Assembly (NCBI GenBank): GCA_965603825.1
Contig: CBFDEM010000020.1
Location: forward strand, 868,001-932,000
Reading direction: 5' to 3'
Source: Blepharisma stoltei ATCC 30299
Taxonomy: Eukaryota; Protista; Ciliophora
Length of the DNA: 64,000 nucleotides
The translations under genes and the position numbers were made by a program. Positions 1 to 10,659 of the stretch are shown here, piece after piece. Numbering within the stretch: position 1 is the stretch's first letter; the number at the start of each line of letters is the position of its first letter. The notes below the pieces were generated by a model. That model was not told where the DNA came from. It made no database searches and saw only the letters and a list, made by a program, of their open reading frames with translations.

Positions 1-256
1 CAAAAAAAGGTAATAATTATTCAGAATAAAATTAGCCCGAGAGCGGCATAAACTTCAATCATTTGTGCTGACTCCTAAAGTCAAGCACATAAAAAACCTC
101 GAGCTCCCCCCTTTACAAAAAGAAAAGCGGCTCACCTCTACCCCTTCCGCCAAAACAGTCCCAAGTACTCCCAGTAAGCGAAGCCCTACCAGCAGTGCAA
201 AATCCATCATAATGCAAGACTACATCGGCCGCATAAAAGCGATCTATGAATTATAA
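1..256 (+). CDS. 3' end of a hypothetical protein (partial; Ser/Pro/Lys-rich tail) with a 15-nt intron at 10-24
   Basis: Removing GTAATAATTATTCAG (10-24, contains in-frame TAA) gives KKR-IKLARERHKLQSFVLTPKV..., continuous with the 65..256 ORF, which ends in TAA. Confidence 0.6.
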
Positions 257-272
257 ATATAACTGATATTAT

Positions 273-872
273 TTAACTGCTTTTTGGCTTACATTCATTA
301 CAATACCATTGTCCATTTGGCTTGGCCGTCAGTCCTGCACATTGAAAATGAAACCATTCATATTTACAATTTCCCCCATCGCAGGCTACCATTTCTCCAT
401 AGCACGGCTTATTACAATAACAATAATTATGCCTTATATTGCTTTGGAACTCCTCATCTAAATACACGCTAAACTCTTCGTCAGCTACTGTCGAGTCTTT
501 TTCTGATTTTTGGCGTTTTAAAGGGGACCCTTCTTCAGATTTCACGTCACTGCTGTATGTTAATAAGTCTTTTTCAAGCCTCCTAGACTCTGTGTCGGCC
601 ATGTCTAGGATTTGTTTACTTATAGCGATTTTTTCGTCAGATAAATTAGAGACTTCTTCTTGTTTTTGGCGGATTTTTTGTAAAAGATTCGTGTTTTCGA
701 GCATGGTTTTGCCATCTTTGGTGAGGGTGTTAAAGTAGTCAGTGGTTAAGTATTGGAGCTCTTTGGTGAGCTCTTCTGCTTTGTAGTCGAGCTGCCTGAT
801 AAGATCGAGAGAACGTGCTAATTCAATGGGGAAATAATTGATTGAGCTCAGGACTTCTTCTAAATACGACAT
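273..872 (-). CDS. Inhibitor of growth (ING) family PHD-finger protein
   Basis: N-terminal ING motif (YLEEVLSSINYFPIELARSLDLIRQLD...SDEKIAISKQ) and C-terminal PHD YCYCNKPCYGEMVACDGGNCKYEWFHFQCAGLTAKPNGQWYCNEC. Confidence 0.93.
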   Translation of the reverse strand: MSYLEEVLSSINYFPIELARSLDLIRQLDYKAEELTKELQYLTTDYFNTLTKDGKTMLENTNLLQKIRQKQEEVSNLSDEKIAISKQILDMADTESRRLEKDLLTYSSDVKSEEGSPLKRQKSEKDSTVADEEFSVYLDEEFQSNIRHNYCYCNKPCYGEMVACDGGNCKYEWFHFQCAGLTAKPNGQWYCNECKPKSS

Positions 873-1034
873 TATTGATATGGGGGATCATAGAAAAATA
901 ATTTTTGTGAAAGTAAGAAGCAACTTTGGGTCTTTTGACTGATTTAGAAGAAAACGAGGATGGGATTGGTGCTTTATGAGATAAAAAATCAATTTTACAA
1001 ATTTATGATTAATTAATCTTAAATTATTATAGAT

Positions 1035-1874
1035 ATGATTAATATGAGAACAGACTATTTAGACTCTTTAACAAACACTGATTTTGACCGCTCAGAAGCT
1101 CAACAATTTCGAGGAAAATGCAGAACTGGTGAACACTCTGGCCCTACAACTGGCTTCTGTATGAAATTCGTCCAAGCAAATCTAGTAATCCTCCCAAAAT
1201 CTTACGCCTACGATTTTCTCCTTTTCTGCCAAAGAAACCCAAAACCGTGTCCTCTTTTAGAAGTGACTGAACAAGGCAGCTACACCCCTTCAATCCTCGC
1301 CCCATCAGCTGACCTCCGCACTGATCTCCCTAAATACAACATTTTACAATCCGGGACCATCACTGACCAAGTACCAAATATCTCAGAATATTGGTCAGAA
1401 GACCTTGTGTCTTTCTTATTAGGCTGCTCTTTTAGCTTTGAAGAAGCGTTATTATCTGCCAAAATCCCAGTCAGACAAATTGAAGAAAATAAAAATGTTC
1501 CTATGTACGCTACTTCAATCCCTTGTAGGGATTCTGGGGTTTTCAGGAATTCTAAGCTGGTAGTGTCTATGAGGCCAATTCCTGTTGAAATGGTTAATGA
1601 TGCTATAAATGTGACCGCAAGATTTCCTACAGTCCATGGATCTCCTGTGCAGATTGGTAAGCCAGAGGAAATAGGGATTGAAGATATTAATAAAGTAGAC
1701 TATGGAGAAAGTGTGACTATAAATGAAGGAGAAATACCTATATTTTGGGCATGTGGGGTAACGCCGATGAAAGCTATAATTGATGCGAATTTACCATTTG
1801 CGATAACCCATGCTCCTGGGCATATGTTTATCACTGATAAACTAAATTCAGAATTAAATATCTTTTCTATATAA
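1035..1874 (+). CDS. DUF1445 / D-glutamate cyclase-like putative hydro-lyase
   Basis: Motifs QANLVILP..YAYDFLLFCQRNPKPCPLL, DLRTDLPKY, FLLGCSFSFE, VVSMRP, HGSPV, PIFWACGVTP, ITHAPGHMFITD. Confidence 0.9.
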   Translation: MINMRTDYLDSLTNTDFDRSEAQQFRGKCRTGEHSGPTTGFCMKFVQANLVILPKSYAYDFLLFCQRNPKPCPLLEVTEQGSYTPSILAPSADLRTDLPKYNILQSGTITDQVPNISEYWSEDLVSFLLGCSFSFEEALLSAKIPVRQIEENKNVPMYATSIPCRDSGVFRNSKLVVSMRPIPVEMVNDAINVTARFPTVHGSPVQIGKPEEIGIEDINKVDYGESVTINEGEIPIFWACGVTPMKAIIDANLPFAITHAPGHMFITDKLNSELNIFSI

Positions 1875-1915
1875 AATTTATACAGAAATTTCATATTTTC
1901 TTTATAATCTCTAAT

Positions 1916-4900
1916 ATGAACGTCGAGATGTCAACTCCTTATTCCCTTCTTCGCAACTCAATAGTAAGGAAAACTTCAATTGACAAAGTAGTCCAAAATA
2001 TTTATGAAGAAATAAGCAAGCGCGCCACCACAATTGACACTATTGCCTATTCTATACTGACTGACCCATCAGAAGAAGTTTTATTTATAGGAGGGGATGG
2101 GACTATTGATGTCTATCGGTTGTCTAATTATGAAAAACTTTTCACGCTAAAAGGCCACCAACAAGAGGTCATTGCGCTGGCGATAAAATCTGATAACTCG
2201 TGCTTGTTTTCAGGCGGCAGAGATAAAACTATAAGAAGATGGGATATGACGAATAGAAATAATAAGGTTTTAGAAGGCCACGAAGACGCGATATCAGCAC
2301 TTGTCCTGGTTGATGATAACAAGCTAATATCCTCAAGCATAGACAAAACTATGAGGATTTGGGACTTAATTAACATGAAACTGGAAGCAAAGCTAGAGGA
2401 AGAAGAAGAAATCTACTCAATTTCATACACAAAGGTAGGAGGACTGATAGCAGCAGCCTGTGAGGACTCTTCAATTAGAATTTGAAGCCTTGGAAAGCTG
2501 CAAAGATTATCAATATTAACAGGCCACAGAGATAAAATTATATCCCTCGCCTTTTTGCCTGACGAAAGATACCTAATATCAGGAGGGTGGGATAATACAG
2601 TTAGAATATGAGACGTAAGTGAATTAAGGTGTATAGATGTACTGGAAGGGCATAATGACAAAGTTTACTGTGTAGCTGCTACGCATGACGCTAAATATTT
2701 TTTTTCTTCAGGAAGAGATAAGTCAATAAAAATTTGGGATGGTCAAAATAGAAAATTAGTATGCAATCTTGAAGAGTTAGGAGAAAGCACAACCACTATG
2801 TTTGTGTCACAAAAGAATACGTATTTAATATGTGGAGCTGATTCCAGAGTCTGAATATGAAGATTAAGCGAGCAATACATTGATTTCGAGCTTTCTGCAC
2901 ATACAGGGAAGGTTACATGTTTATTAACAGTCCCATCAAGTCCTGAAAAATTAATTTCAGCTGGAAATGATAGAACACTGTGCCTGTGAGGAATCGAAGA
3001 TTTAAGCCTGCTAAAGCAAGGAAAAGGGCATAATGGCTCTATTTGAACACTAGCTTATAACAAAGAAATCAACGCTGTAGCTAGCGGCAGTGAAGATTGC
3101 TCAGTAAGAATCTGAAAGATAGATGAACTTAACAGCGAAATGGCACTAATTGGCCACACTGACGCAATTTTCTGCTTAAGTTTCTACAATAAAGGAAAAA
3201 ACTTAATTTCAGGCAGCAAAGATTGCAGTCTACGTACTTGGGACTTAGAAAAAGCAGTTGAGCTCAGAAAACAGCTATGCGACGACATAGTAATCTGTAC
3301 AGCTCTCTCACATGACGAAAATGTCCTAGTCGTCGGCTGTGGCTCTAACGTAGAAATCAGAAAATTTCCTTCTTTGCAGCTTAAGGTTTCATTAAAAAAG
3401 CATGACTTGCCTGTGACCACCATTTTAATGGTGCAGGATACCCATATAATTTCAGGCAGTGTTGACGGAAAAATCATTATTTGGAGCATTGAGCTCGAAA
3501 TGTTCGAAACCGTCCTACAGTCCCACACAGCAGAAATCACCTGTTTAGCCAAAACTCATAATGACCGCTTTTTGATTTCTTCTTCAAAAGATGGATTTAT
3601 TCGCTTCTGGGATATTACGTGGCGAAAAGAAATAGCCTCAGTTCCTCTAGGAAGTCCTATATCAAGCGTCACCTTATGCGCTGGATTTTTATTTGCAGGT
3701 ATGGGTAAAAGTGTCCTGGCTATGAAAAACCCTCTGTCGAAACAGTCAAAAATCAAGCTCTTTGGGCCAGTTCCTTATTCTTTACCATTAGCGAGGTATA
3801 TAAAAGAATTTATTGATGATTCTGCACATCCTCCTCAGTTTCGAGAAGATATGAATAAATGGACTATTATGCCATGACGTATAAATATGATCCATTTATA
3901 TTGTTATTATGGAAATGCAAAATATGTGAAGCAAGGATTGTCAAGTGGCTGCAGCTTTATTAAAAATAAGCTGGAAGAGACACCACTATATATGAGTATG
4001 AAAAGGGGGAACCAGAACTGTGTAGAAGCCATTGCAAAACATGTAGCGACTGAGCTGGAATTTTATCCTGGCGTGCTTAATATTTTAGAAGATGAGCTGC
4101 CATTGTTAAATTTAGCTGCCCCTAAGTCTTTACCAATTTTTTACCAAAAAGTTTTTCAGCAGCCAAAACAGGTGCTTCCACCCTTTGGGATCCCAAAAGG
4201 AAAAGTCCCCCTTTATCATCTGTCAAAAGCACCTTTAATTGAGCCTAAACATTTTATCAAACATAACAAGCCAGGGAGTAGCGATACTTTTGATGAGTCT
4301 CATAATGAAAAAAGGGTCGTTTTTAGGATATCAGCATTCCGTATGAATTTTGAGATGGGCTCTAATCAGGGCATGCAGTTTGTCAAAAGCTTGACAAAAT
4401 GCAAAAACGCTGATGTCTTTGGGACTCCTTTTGTCCAAGGATATTTACAATATAAATGAAATATCGTCAAGATTTTTTTACAATGTCAAGCCATTTTATA
4501 TGCAATTCTTATGCTTCTTTTAAGCTTGCATGTGATATATAAAGACGAATATCCAGGACTTATGGGAGGAATTTTAGCTATAAATACCATCTTTACAGTC
4601 TATGAGGCTTTTCAAATGACGATTGGGCCTCTTTTATATCTGAAAAGCTACACAAACATCCTGGACATGCTTAAAGTTACTTTTATTTATATTTATAGCA
4701 TCATTTATTTCGCAGACTCTTCTTCACCTATATTTTTAGGCATCGTCGTTGGGCTGGTATGAACCCGAGGCTTCACCTATTTTCGTGCATTTGACCCAAC
4801 CCGATACCTAATCCGAATGATTCAAGAAATTATATTAGACATCGTCCCCTTTATGATAATCTTGGTATTTTCTACCCTTGGTTTTTCATTTTTATTCATA

Positions 4901-5434
4901 AGTCTTTCATCAGATATGACTTTTATAGACGCGTTTTTACAAGTTTATCGCCTTGACTATGGAGATTTCGACACAGAAAGCTACACAACCTCTCAATGGT
5001 TTTGCTTCTTAATCGCGTCTGTATTAAACCCTCTGATTATGCTGAATTTATTGATTGCTATTATGGGAGACACCTACGATAGAGTCCAGAATTCCTTTTT
5101 AGTTGCAAATATGCATGAAATTGCAGATGTAATTTTAGAATACGAGTCATTGCTATTTTGGAAGCGAAATAAAACGAAAAAAATGTACTTCCAAGGCTGC
5201 ACAGTCTTTGAAAAAGAATATGTCCAAGACTCGTGGCAAGGAAAAGTGAGGGAATTAAAGCTGCAGATCCAAAAGCTAGAGACACTTACAAGTAGAAATG
5301 AGGTAAAGATTGACTCGCTTAGCGATAACGTAAAAACGCAGCTTTCCAAGATACGCGAGGACAATAAAATAAAATTCGAAAGCATAGAAGGCAAGCTTGA
5401 ACTTCTGCTTGCCCGTATGAGAATAAACCGCTAA
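1916..5434 (+). CDS. WD40-repeat + ankyrin-like + TRP-like cation channel protein (1172 aa, 10 in-frame TGA=Trp)
   Basis: Five ORF-track fragments share one frame and are separated only by TGA (2483, 2609, 2852, 2858, 2987, 3044, 3113, 3875, 4457, 4760), many at WD40 Trp positions (IRIW, VRIWD, VRIWK). Many GH...WD repeats are followed by an ankyrin-like ETPLYMSMKRGN segment, TM helices, the S6 signature LIMLNLLIAIMGDTYDRV and a C-terminal coiled coil. Confidence 0.88.
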
Positions 5435-5634
5435 TAGTAGATAATATGAATAATTATGAATTCTATTTAAATCAAATGCAAATCATAGATTTTCTATTGA
5501 AAACTATTTTCATATACCTTCCTAAAGAATTTAATCAAAATCTGGGAAAAATAAGAAATAATGAAGGCAAAATCCTTCTAACCTCACAAGAATAGACACT
5601 AATTAGACTAAAAATGATAGGTAATATGATTAAA

Positions 5635-7089
5635 TTAATGATTTCTGACGATCTCATCAACTATCATATCAAAATGCGGAGTTCCTGAAATCTCCACAGC
5701 GCCTGGGTAGGCCACAATTTGTTCATCAGTAAATGTTACACCTGCAGGCACAGGCAGCTTGAACCCTCCTGACAGTGTCAATTGTTCATTTAAATATGTG
5801 GCAATTGAATAAATGCACCAGTTAAGCGCCATTTGGACTCTGCTGATATTAATAATTCCAATATTACTGTTTTGGGCTACAATATTAGTGATAGTTGTGC
5901 TGCTTGAATCGACATTTGGAATTAAATAAAGTCCAGTCTTTTCTTCATTTAAGGTAGCAGTAAGCACTGAATTTAGCTGGAATTGGAGCCTGAAGGCTGC
6001 TGGGTGGGATGTTGAGCTTTGCATAGCTAAGAAGTCACAGTAAACAGGAGCTGTAATGTAAACTTCGTCAGTCATAAAAATGTTTGGAGGGTTATAAACT
6101 TGGCAAGAAGTGTCAATTGGGATATTTTGGCCGTAAACTTTGGCAATATTAGGAAGAATGGAGGCTAGGCCAGTTGTAGTCATTTTGAATGGTAAAGAAC
6201 TAGGAGCTTTTGCACTTGGGATATAAAGGTTGAGCTGTCCTGACTGCTGAAGACCCCAGATGTAGGTGTCAAAGAAGTATTCGGAGTATTGGACTTTTAA
6301 GGTATTAGTGGTCTGGAAGCTTGGAGGGGAAGTTGCATAGTAAGGAGGCTCAATGTACGGACCAAGATAGCAGGTACCGTTAAGATCTCCTTCAATATAA
6401 GAGGAGGAGACTCCAAAATTGAGGAAGTGGTAGTCTGCTGTCATGTTGGCGCCATTCAAGGAATCAACATAAGAAATCTTAGCTAGGATTGTTTTTATTG
6501 CTGGGCTTAAGTATTGTCCCATAGTGCTGAAGAAGTTGGAAGCAATGTTGGTCTTGAAAGGCCAGATATCTCCGACAAGCTGCATCATTTTGTAAATTGG
6601 GTTTCTTGCATGGACTTTCAGTTTAATAGCGCTTAAAGTACCAGTGATAGTTTGAACTGCTGCGGATAAAGTCCCATCAGAATTTACAGTGACAGCAAGT
6701 GGGATCGTGAAATTTCCATTTGTCAAAGAAATTTCGACGGTTCCTTTGCTTGAGGCCAAAAGCCAGAAAGTCAAGTTGCCATTCATGACAAAGCTGAGGT
6801 TGGTTATGGCTAAGTTAATCGTATTTGTTTTTGGGTTTAACACAATCTGAGTGTTGCTTGGCTTAAGAGTGAAGCTTGAGAAATGGAGATTAGTGACGTT
6901 GTATGTAAACACAGAAGTGGTGACAAGATGCTGCTTGACACTGTAACTTGCACACTTCTTAATATAGCTTTGGATGTAGTCGTTTTTAAAGTTTTCGATT
7001 GCTGCTTGATCAAGAGTGAAACGAACACCTGGATTCACAGCACCGTAAATAAGTGGGATCAGAAGGAAAATACTCAACAAGGCTACCAT
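5635..7089 (-). CDS. BPI/LBP/CETP-superfamily lipid-binding secreted protein (~484 aa)
   Basis: Signal peptide MVALLSIFLLIPLIYG, then AVNPGVRFTLDQ (BPI-type NPG start) and SEYFFDTY in the C-terminal half; typical two-domain BPI length. An alternative ATG lies at 7107. Confidence 0.75.
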   Translation of the reverse strand: MVALLSIFLLIPLIYGAVNPGVRFTLDQAAIENFKNDYIQSYIKKCASYSVKQHLVTTSVFTYNVTNLHFSSFTLKPSNTQIVLNPKTNTINLAITNLSFVMNGNLTFWLLASSKGTVEISLTNGNFTIPLAVTVNSDGTLSAAVQTITGTLSAIKLKVHARNPIYKMMQLVGDIWPFKTNIASNFFSTMGQYLSPAIKTILAKISYVDSLNGANMTADYHFLNFGVSSSYIEGDLNGTCYLGPYIEPPYYATSPPSFQTTNTLKVQYSEYFFDTYIWGLQQSGQLNLYIPSAKAPSSLPFKMTTTGLASILPNIAKVYGQNIPIDTSCQVYNPPNIFMTDEVYITAPVYCDFLAMQSSTSHPAAFRLQFQLNSVLTATLNEEKTGLYLIPNVDSSSTTITNIVAQNSNIGIINISRVQMALNWCIYSIATYLNEQLTLSGGFKLPVPAGVTFTDEQIVAYPGAVEISGTPHFDMIVDEIVRNH

Positions 7090-7583
7090 ATTTATATTAG
7101 CTGACATAAGGTTGAGATATTTAGGGAAAATTCAAAAGGATTTTATTCATTTCTGATAGGAGGGTTTATTTAAGGAAAATAAAAAGAGCAAGTAGATTTA
7201 ACATTTTATTCAACAATTCTAATTTTAAGTTATTGGAAAGCCAAAATGGCGAATGTTTAAAAAGGATTGAAAGAGCTATAAGAAACCCAGTATTTAGTGA
7301 TTTATATAATAAATTAATGTAGAAAGTGTAGATGTCTTCGATTTAAAAGTAAAATTAATTGATGGGAAGAAGGATGAGAAATTGAATTAAGGTTGGAGTT
7401 CATAGGCAAAATGGTGATAGGAATTTGAGATCAAGATATTTTAGCTTAGAACAGATAATTCGAAAGTCTGAATAATAAAAATACTAGCATTTTAGAATAA
7501 AATGGGCAGATTGTTTATAGGTATCTACTTGAACTCTAACAAAATCATTCAGGATGTTTATCTTAAAAGTTAAAAAATTAGCT

Positions 7584-8005
7584 TTAATAGAGGTGTTTGC
7601 GGTGAACTATACTAACTCTTCTTTATCTTATTCAACCTTGGTGATCCATATTTGTTGAAAACTTGAAAATGAGCTGAGAATGCATCTTCCCAATCAGACT
7701 GAGTACTTTCTTTGGGGCGAAGCCACAACTTTAATTATACTTGGTAGTAATTTTTTCGATTTCTAAGGAAGCCTGAGCTTTGATCGTCTCAATAGGATAT
7801 ATAATTTGAGAATAGCCTCTATTAGCTTGTACCTCATCACCAATGTAAACTTCTTTTTCTTCTGATCTTACAATAATTCCGTTTTTTTTGTACGGCCGAC
7901 GATGCTTGAGAATACTATCCTCGGAACATCATCGCCAGTTATGCCAGCTCCTAGCATTCCTAGTCCATTGTCAATGATGAGAGCTCGGACATTCTGATAA
8001 TCCAA
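7584..8005 (-). pseudogene. Actin pseudogene with a large internal deletion
   Basis: [31 protein letters not shown], then a frameshift, then EVYIGDEVQANRG..YPIE (actin N-terminus). This is joined to IKVVASPQRKYSVW(TGA)LGRCILSSFSSFQQIWITKVE*...SIVHRKHLY* (actin C-terminus). Frameshifts, internal stops and no ATG. Confidence 0.88.
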
Positions 8006-8560
8006 CCTGTGGAGTCCTAAACTATAATGAAAATGGCTCTGATAAAAATATTGAAAATCCCAAGAATAAATTTTTACTTTCAAATTCAAAAATAATAGTA
8101 AGAAATGATTAGCTGTAATTATTTTACAATTATAAAACTGAAATAGAGTGTTAAAATGCAAATTATATCTATCTGCTTAAAATGTGATTATATTATTCAC
8201 TTTGAATGTAAATTCTAACCTCATCGAAAATGCTATTACCAATCATCAACAATTTTTATAGTTCTCTTGATTTTTCTTATGATTCTTTTTTCTTCCCCAT
8301 CAAATTTCATTCAATTTCCTATTTTATTTCTCGATTTTTCTATCTCTTCTCAACTATAGCCTATAATATCATTTAGCTCACCATAGACCCTAAATCTCTT
8401 GCCTAGCTAAAAATAACCTTCTTTCTAGTTATCAAGCACTATCTATATTGCCACTTGCTGCGTGCTAAGTTGTATATAAATTATCTTCCTTCACCTTTTC
8501 TTACCTCTCCTGCTTCAAACATGCTTTACTTTTCATTCTCTATTTCTTCAACATATATAA

Positions 8561-10636
8561 ATGTGGAGAGTAATTCTCTTTCTAAGCATTGGGGTGTTTT
8601 CTTTATGCCCAACTTATAATTGTCACTCCGGAGGATTCGACCTAGGAAATACGTGCGCATTTGTTACACCGAGCAAAAACGTCCTGATGCAGATCTGCGA
8701 CGAAAATAATCTCGCACCCATGTGTATGGTGAATCCACAAATTTTCAATAACTTCACATGTGGCCAAGTTCCTCCATACACCGCTCCTTTGGCTTATCCT
8801 GGAGAATCTTGCCGTGCCGATTCCCAATGTAGATCTGGGCAATGCTACCAAAACGTGTGTCAAGGCCAAGCTCTAGGTTACAGCTGTATAAGTGATGCTG
8901 ATTGCAATGTCGGCCTCCATTGTGGGATGGGTGGACTGTGCACAAAACAGCACCCTTACAATCAAGAATGCAACTCAGACTACGACTGCCAGAATGGCTT
9001 TGGCTGCAACAGGACTATGTATGCCTCAGGCGCATGCTTGCCTTATTATGGAGTCCAGAATGGAGAAGCAGTAGGGATCTGTGTGGACGTTTTAGGGGAA
9101 GGAAACTCAAATCTTTGTGAGTCAGGGTCATGCATGCCTATTTATCCAGGGACTAACGCAGAAGGAATTTGCCAGCCAAGCTTTAGAAGTGCAGGAACTT
9201 ACCCGATGACTTGTCAGGTTGATTCTGACTGTATAGGAACCAATGGGGTAAATAAACTAACAGGAGCTTGCCAATGTGGAATGGATAAGGACGGCTTAGC
9301 TTATTGCAGTGCCTGGAGTGGTGATTTACCAGCTTATACAGTTAGAAGCATACTAAAACAGCATGTAAACTCAACTGCAATTAACAATTGTCAAACTATG
9401 AGAAGATTCAGCCAATCTTGCTTAGCCCAAACACTGACACCACCAGAAATTTACAATTTCACCCAAAACAATTTATTAGCTCAAGAAACTGCCCGCTACC
9501 AAGGTAACGACGACTGCACTCAGGCCATTTTTAACACAAGATACTGGGGTGTAAATACCAACTCTTTTACATGCAAAGCTTACAGCTGCGGTACTGGTGC
9601 TCAATGGACAAATGAAGCCTGCATTGCTTACCAAGAAGCTACCAACCACTTCGCCTTAAAAGACTGCCCAACAGGCCAATACTGCAACGTCGCCCAATCA
9701 CAAGCTAACAAATGGACTAATGCGACCTGCACAACCCCTCCTACCTCAGCTCCATTATACCCAGGCGACCCTTGCAAAGTCAACACTGACTGCATTTCAG
9801 GCGTTTGCAGCACCAAAGGCCTTTGTGTAGGCATCGGATGGGACAATCAAACAACCTGCGCTGATGATTCTCAATGTAACCCAGGGCTTTACTGTGTAGA
9901 AAATGCTAATAGTGTTTTACAATTTACCTGCCAGCCACTTATTAAAGTAGGACAATCTGGCTGTGCTTCAGAATTTGACTGTGTGCCTAACGCAAACTGT
10001 AATTTTACTATGAATAATTTCCCAGGGACCTGTGTCGCTTATTTTTCAGCACCTAATGGTACTCCAGTCCCATGTGCAGTCTCAGGATATTCAAGTTTCT
10101 GTCAGAGTGGAGCTTGCTATAATGCTGGGTTCAGCGATTTAGGAGTTTGTGCCCCAGCCCCAGTTTCTCAGCAATTGCCTAACTCTTGTGTTACAAGTAA
10201 CAGCTGCATGGCCATGAATTCTTTGGGTCAAACGTTCCAGGGAACCTGTACATGTGGATATAACCCAACTGGGACCAGCTACTGTTCAGCTCACATTGGA
10301 GACGCCCCAGGAAAAGCTTATTTGACTGTTGCAAAGGTACTTTACTCTTCACCAGGTATGACAAACTGCCAGACAAGCCGAAGGCATTATTCCGACTGTT
10401 TAGACAGAGTCGCTGCCACTTTGGGACAGAATACCAATGTGTATTATTCAGCAATTTTGAATTTCACTAATTACCCATTATATATCAACAACGACAACTG
10501 TGTGAAATCCATAATTACCTATGACTTCTGGACTCATCTCCCACCTACACCAACCCCTCCTACTCCTCCTCACAACGACACGTCATCATCTGGAATTTTA
10601 ATCTTGGGACTTGGCTTATTCTTCGCATTCCAATAA
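8561..10636 (+). CDS. Cysteine-rich secreted/GPI-anchored surface protein with two ~330-aa internal repeats
   Basis: Signal peptide; duplicated Cys pattern (YPGE/DxC..C.SG.C; CN.GL.C; G.C.CG...G..YCS; CQT.RR; NDD/NC); Pro/Thr linker and hydrophobic C-terminus ILILGLGLFFAFQ. Confidence 0.8.
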   Translation: MWRVILFLSIGVFSLCPTYNCHSGGFDLGNTCAFVTPSKNVLMQICDENNLAPMCMVNPQIFNNFTCGQVPPYTAPLAYPGESCRADSQCRSGQCYQNVCQGQALGYSCISDADCNVGLHCGMGGLCTKQHPYNQECNSDYDCQNGFGCNRTMYASGACLPYYGVQNGEAVGICVDVLGEGNSNLCESGSCMPIYPGTNAEGICQPSFRSAGTYPMTCQVDSDCIGTNGVNKLTGACQCGMDKDGLAYCSAWSGDLPAYTVRSILKQHVNSTAINNCQTMRRFSQSCLAQTLTPPEIYNFTQNNLLAQETARYQGNDDCTQAIFNTRYWGVNTNSFTCKAYSCGTGAQWTNEACIAYQEATNHFALKDCPTGQYCNVAQSQANKWTNATCTTPPTSAPLYPGDPCKVNTDCISGVCSTKGLCVGIGWDNQTTCADDSQCNPGLYCVENANSVLQFTCQPLIKVGQSGCASEFDCVPNANCNFTMNNFPGTCVAYFSAPNGTPVPCAVSGYSSFCQSGACYNAGFSDLGVCAPAPVSQQLPNSCVTSNSCMAMNSLGQTFQGTCTCGYNPTGTSYCSAHIGDAPGKAYLTVAKVLYSSPGMTNCQTSRRHYSDCLDRVAATLGQNTNVYYSAILNFTNYPLYINNDNCVKSIITYDFWTHLPPTPTPPTPPHNDTSSSGILILGLGLFFAFQ

Positions 10637-10659
10637 GACTAATAGATCTTTTAGAATAA

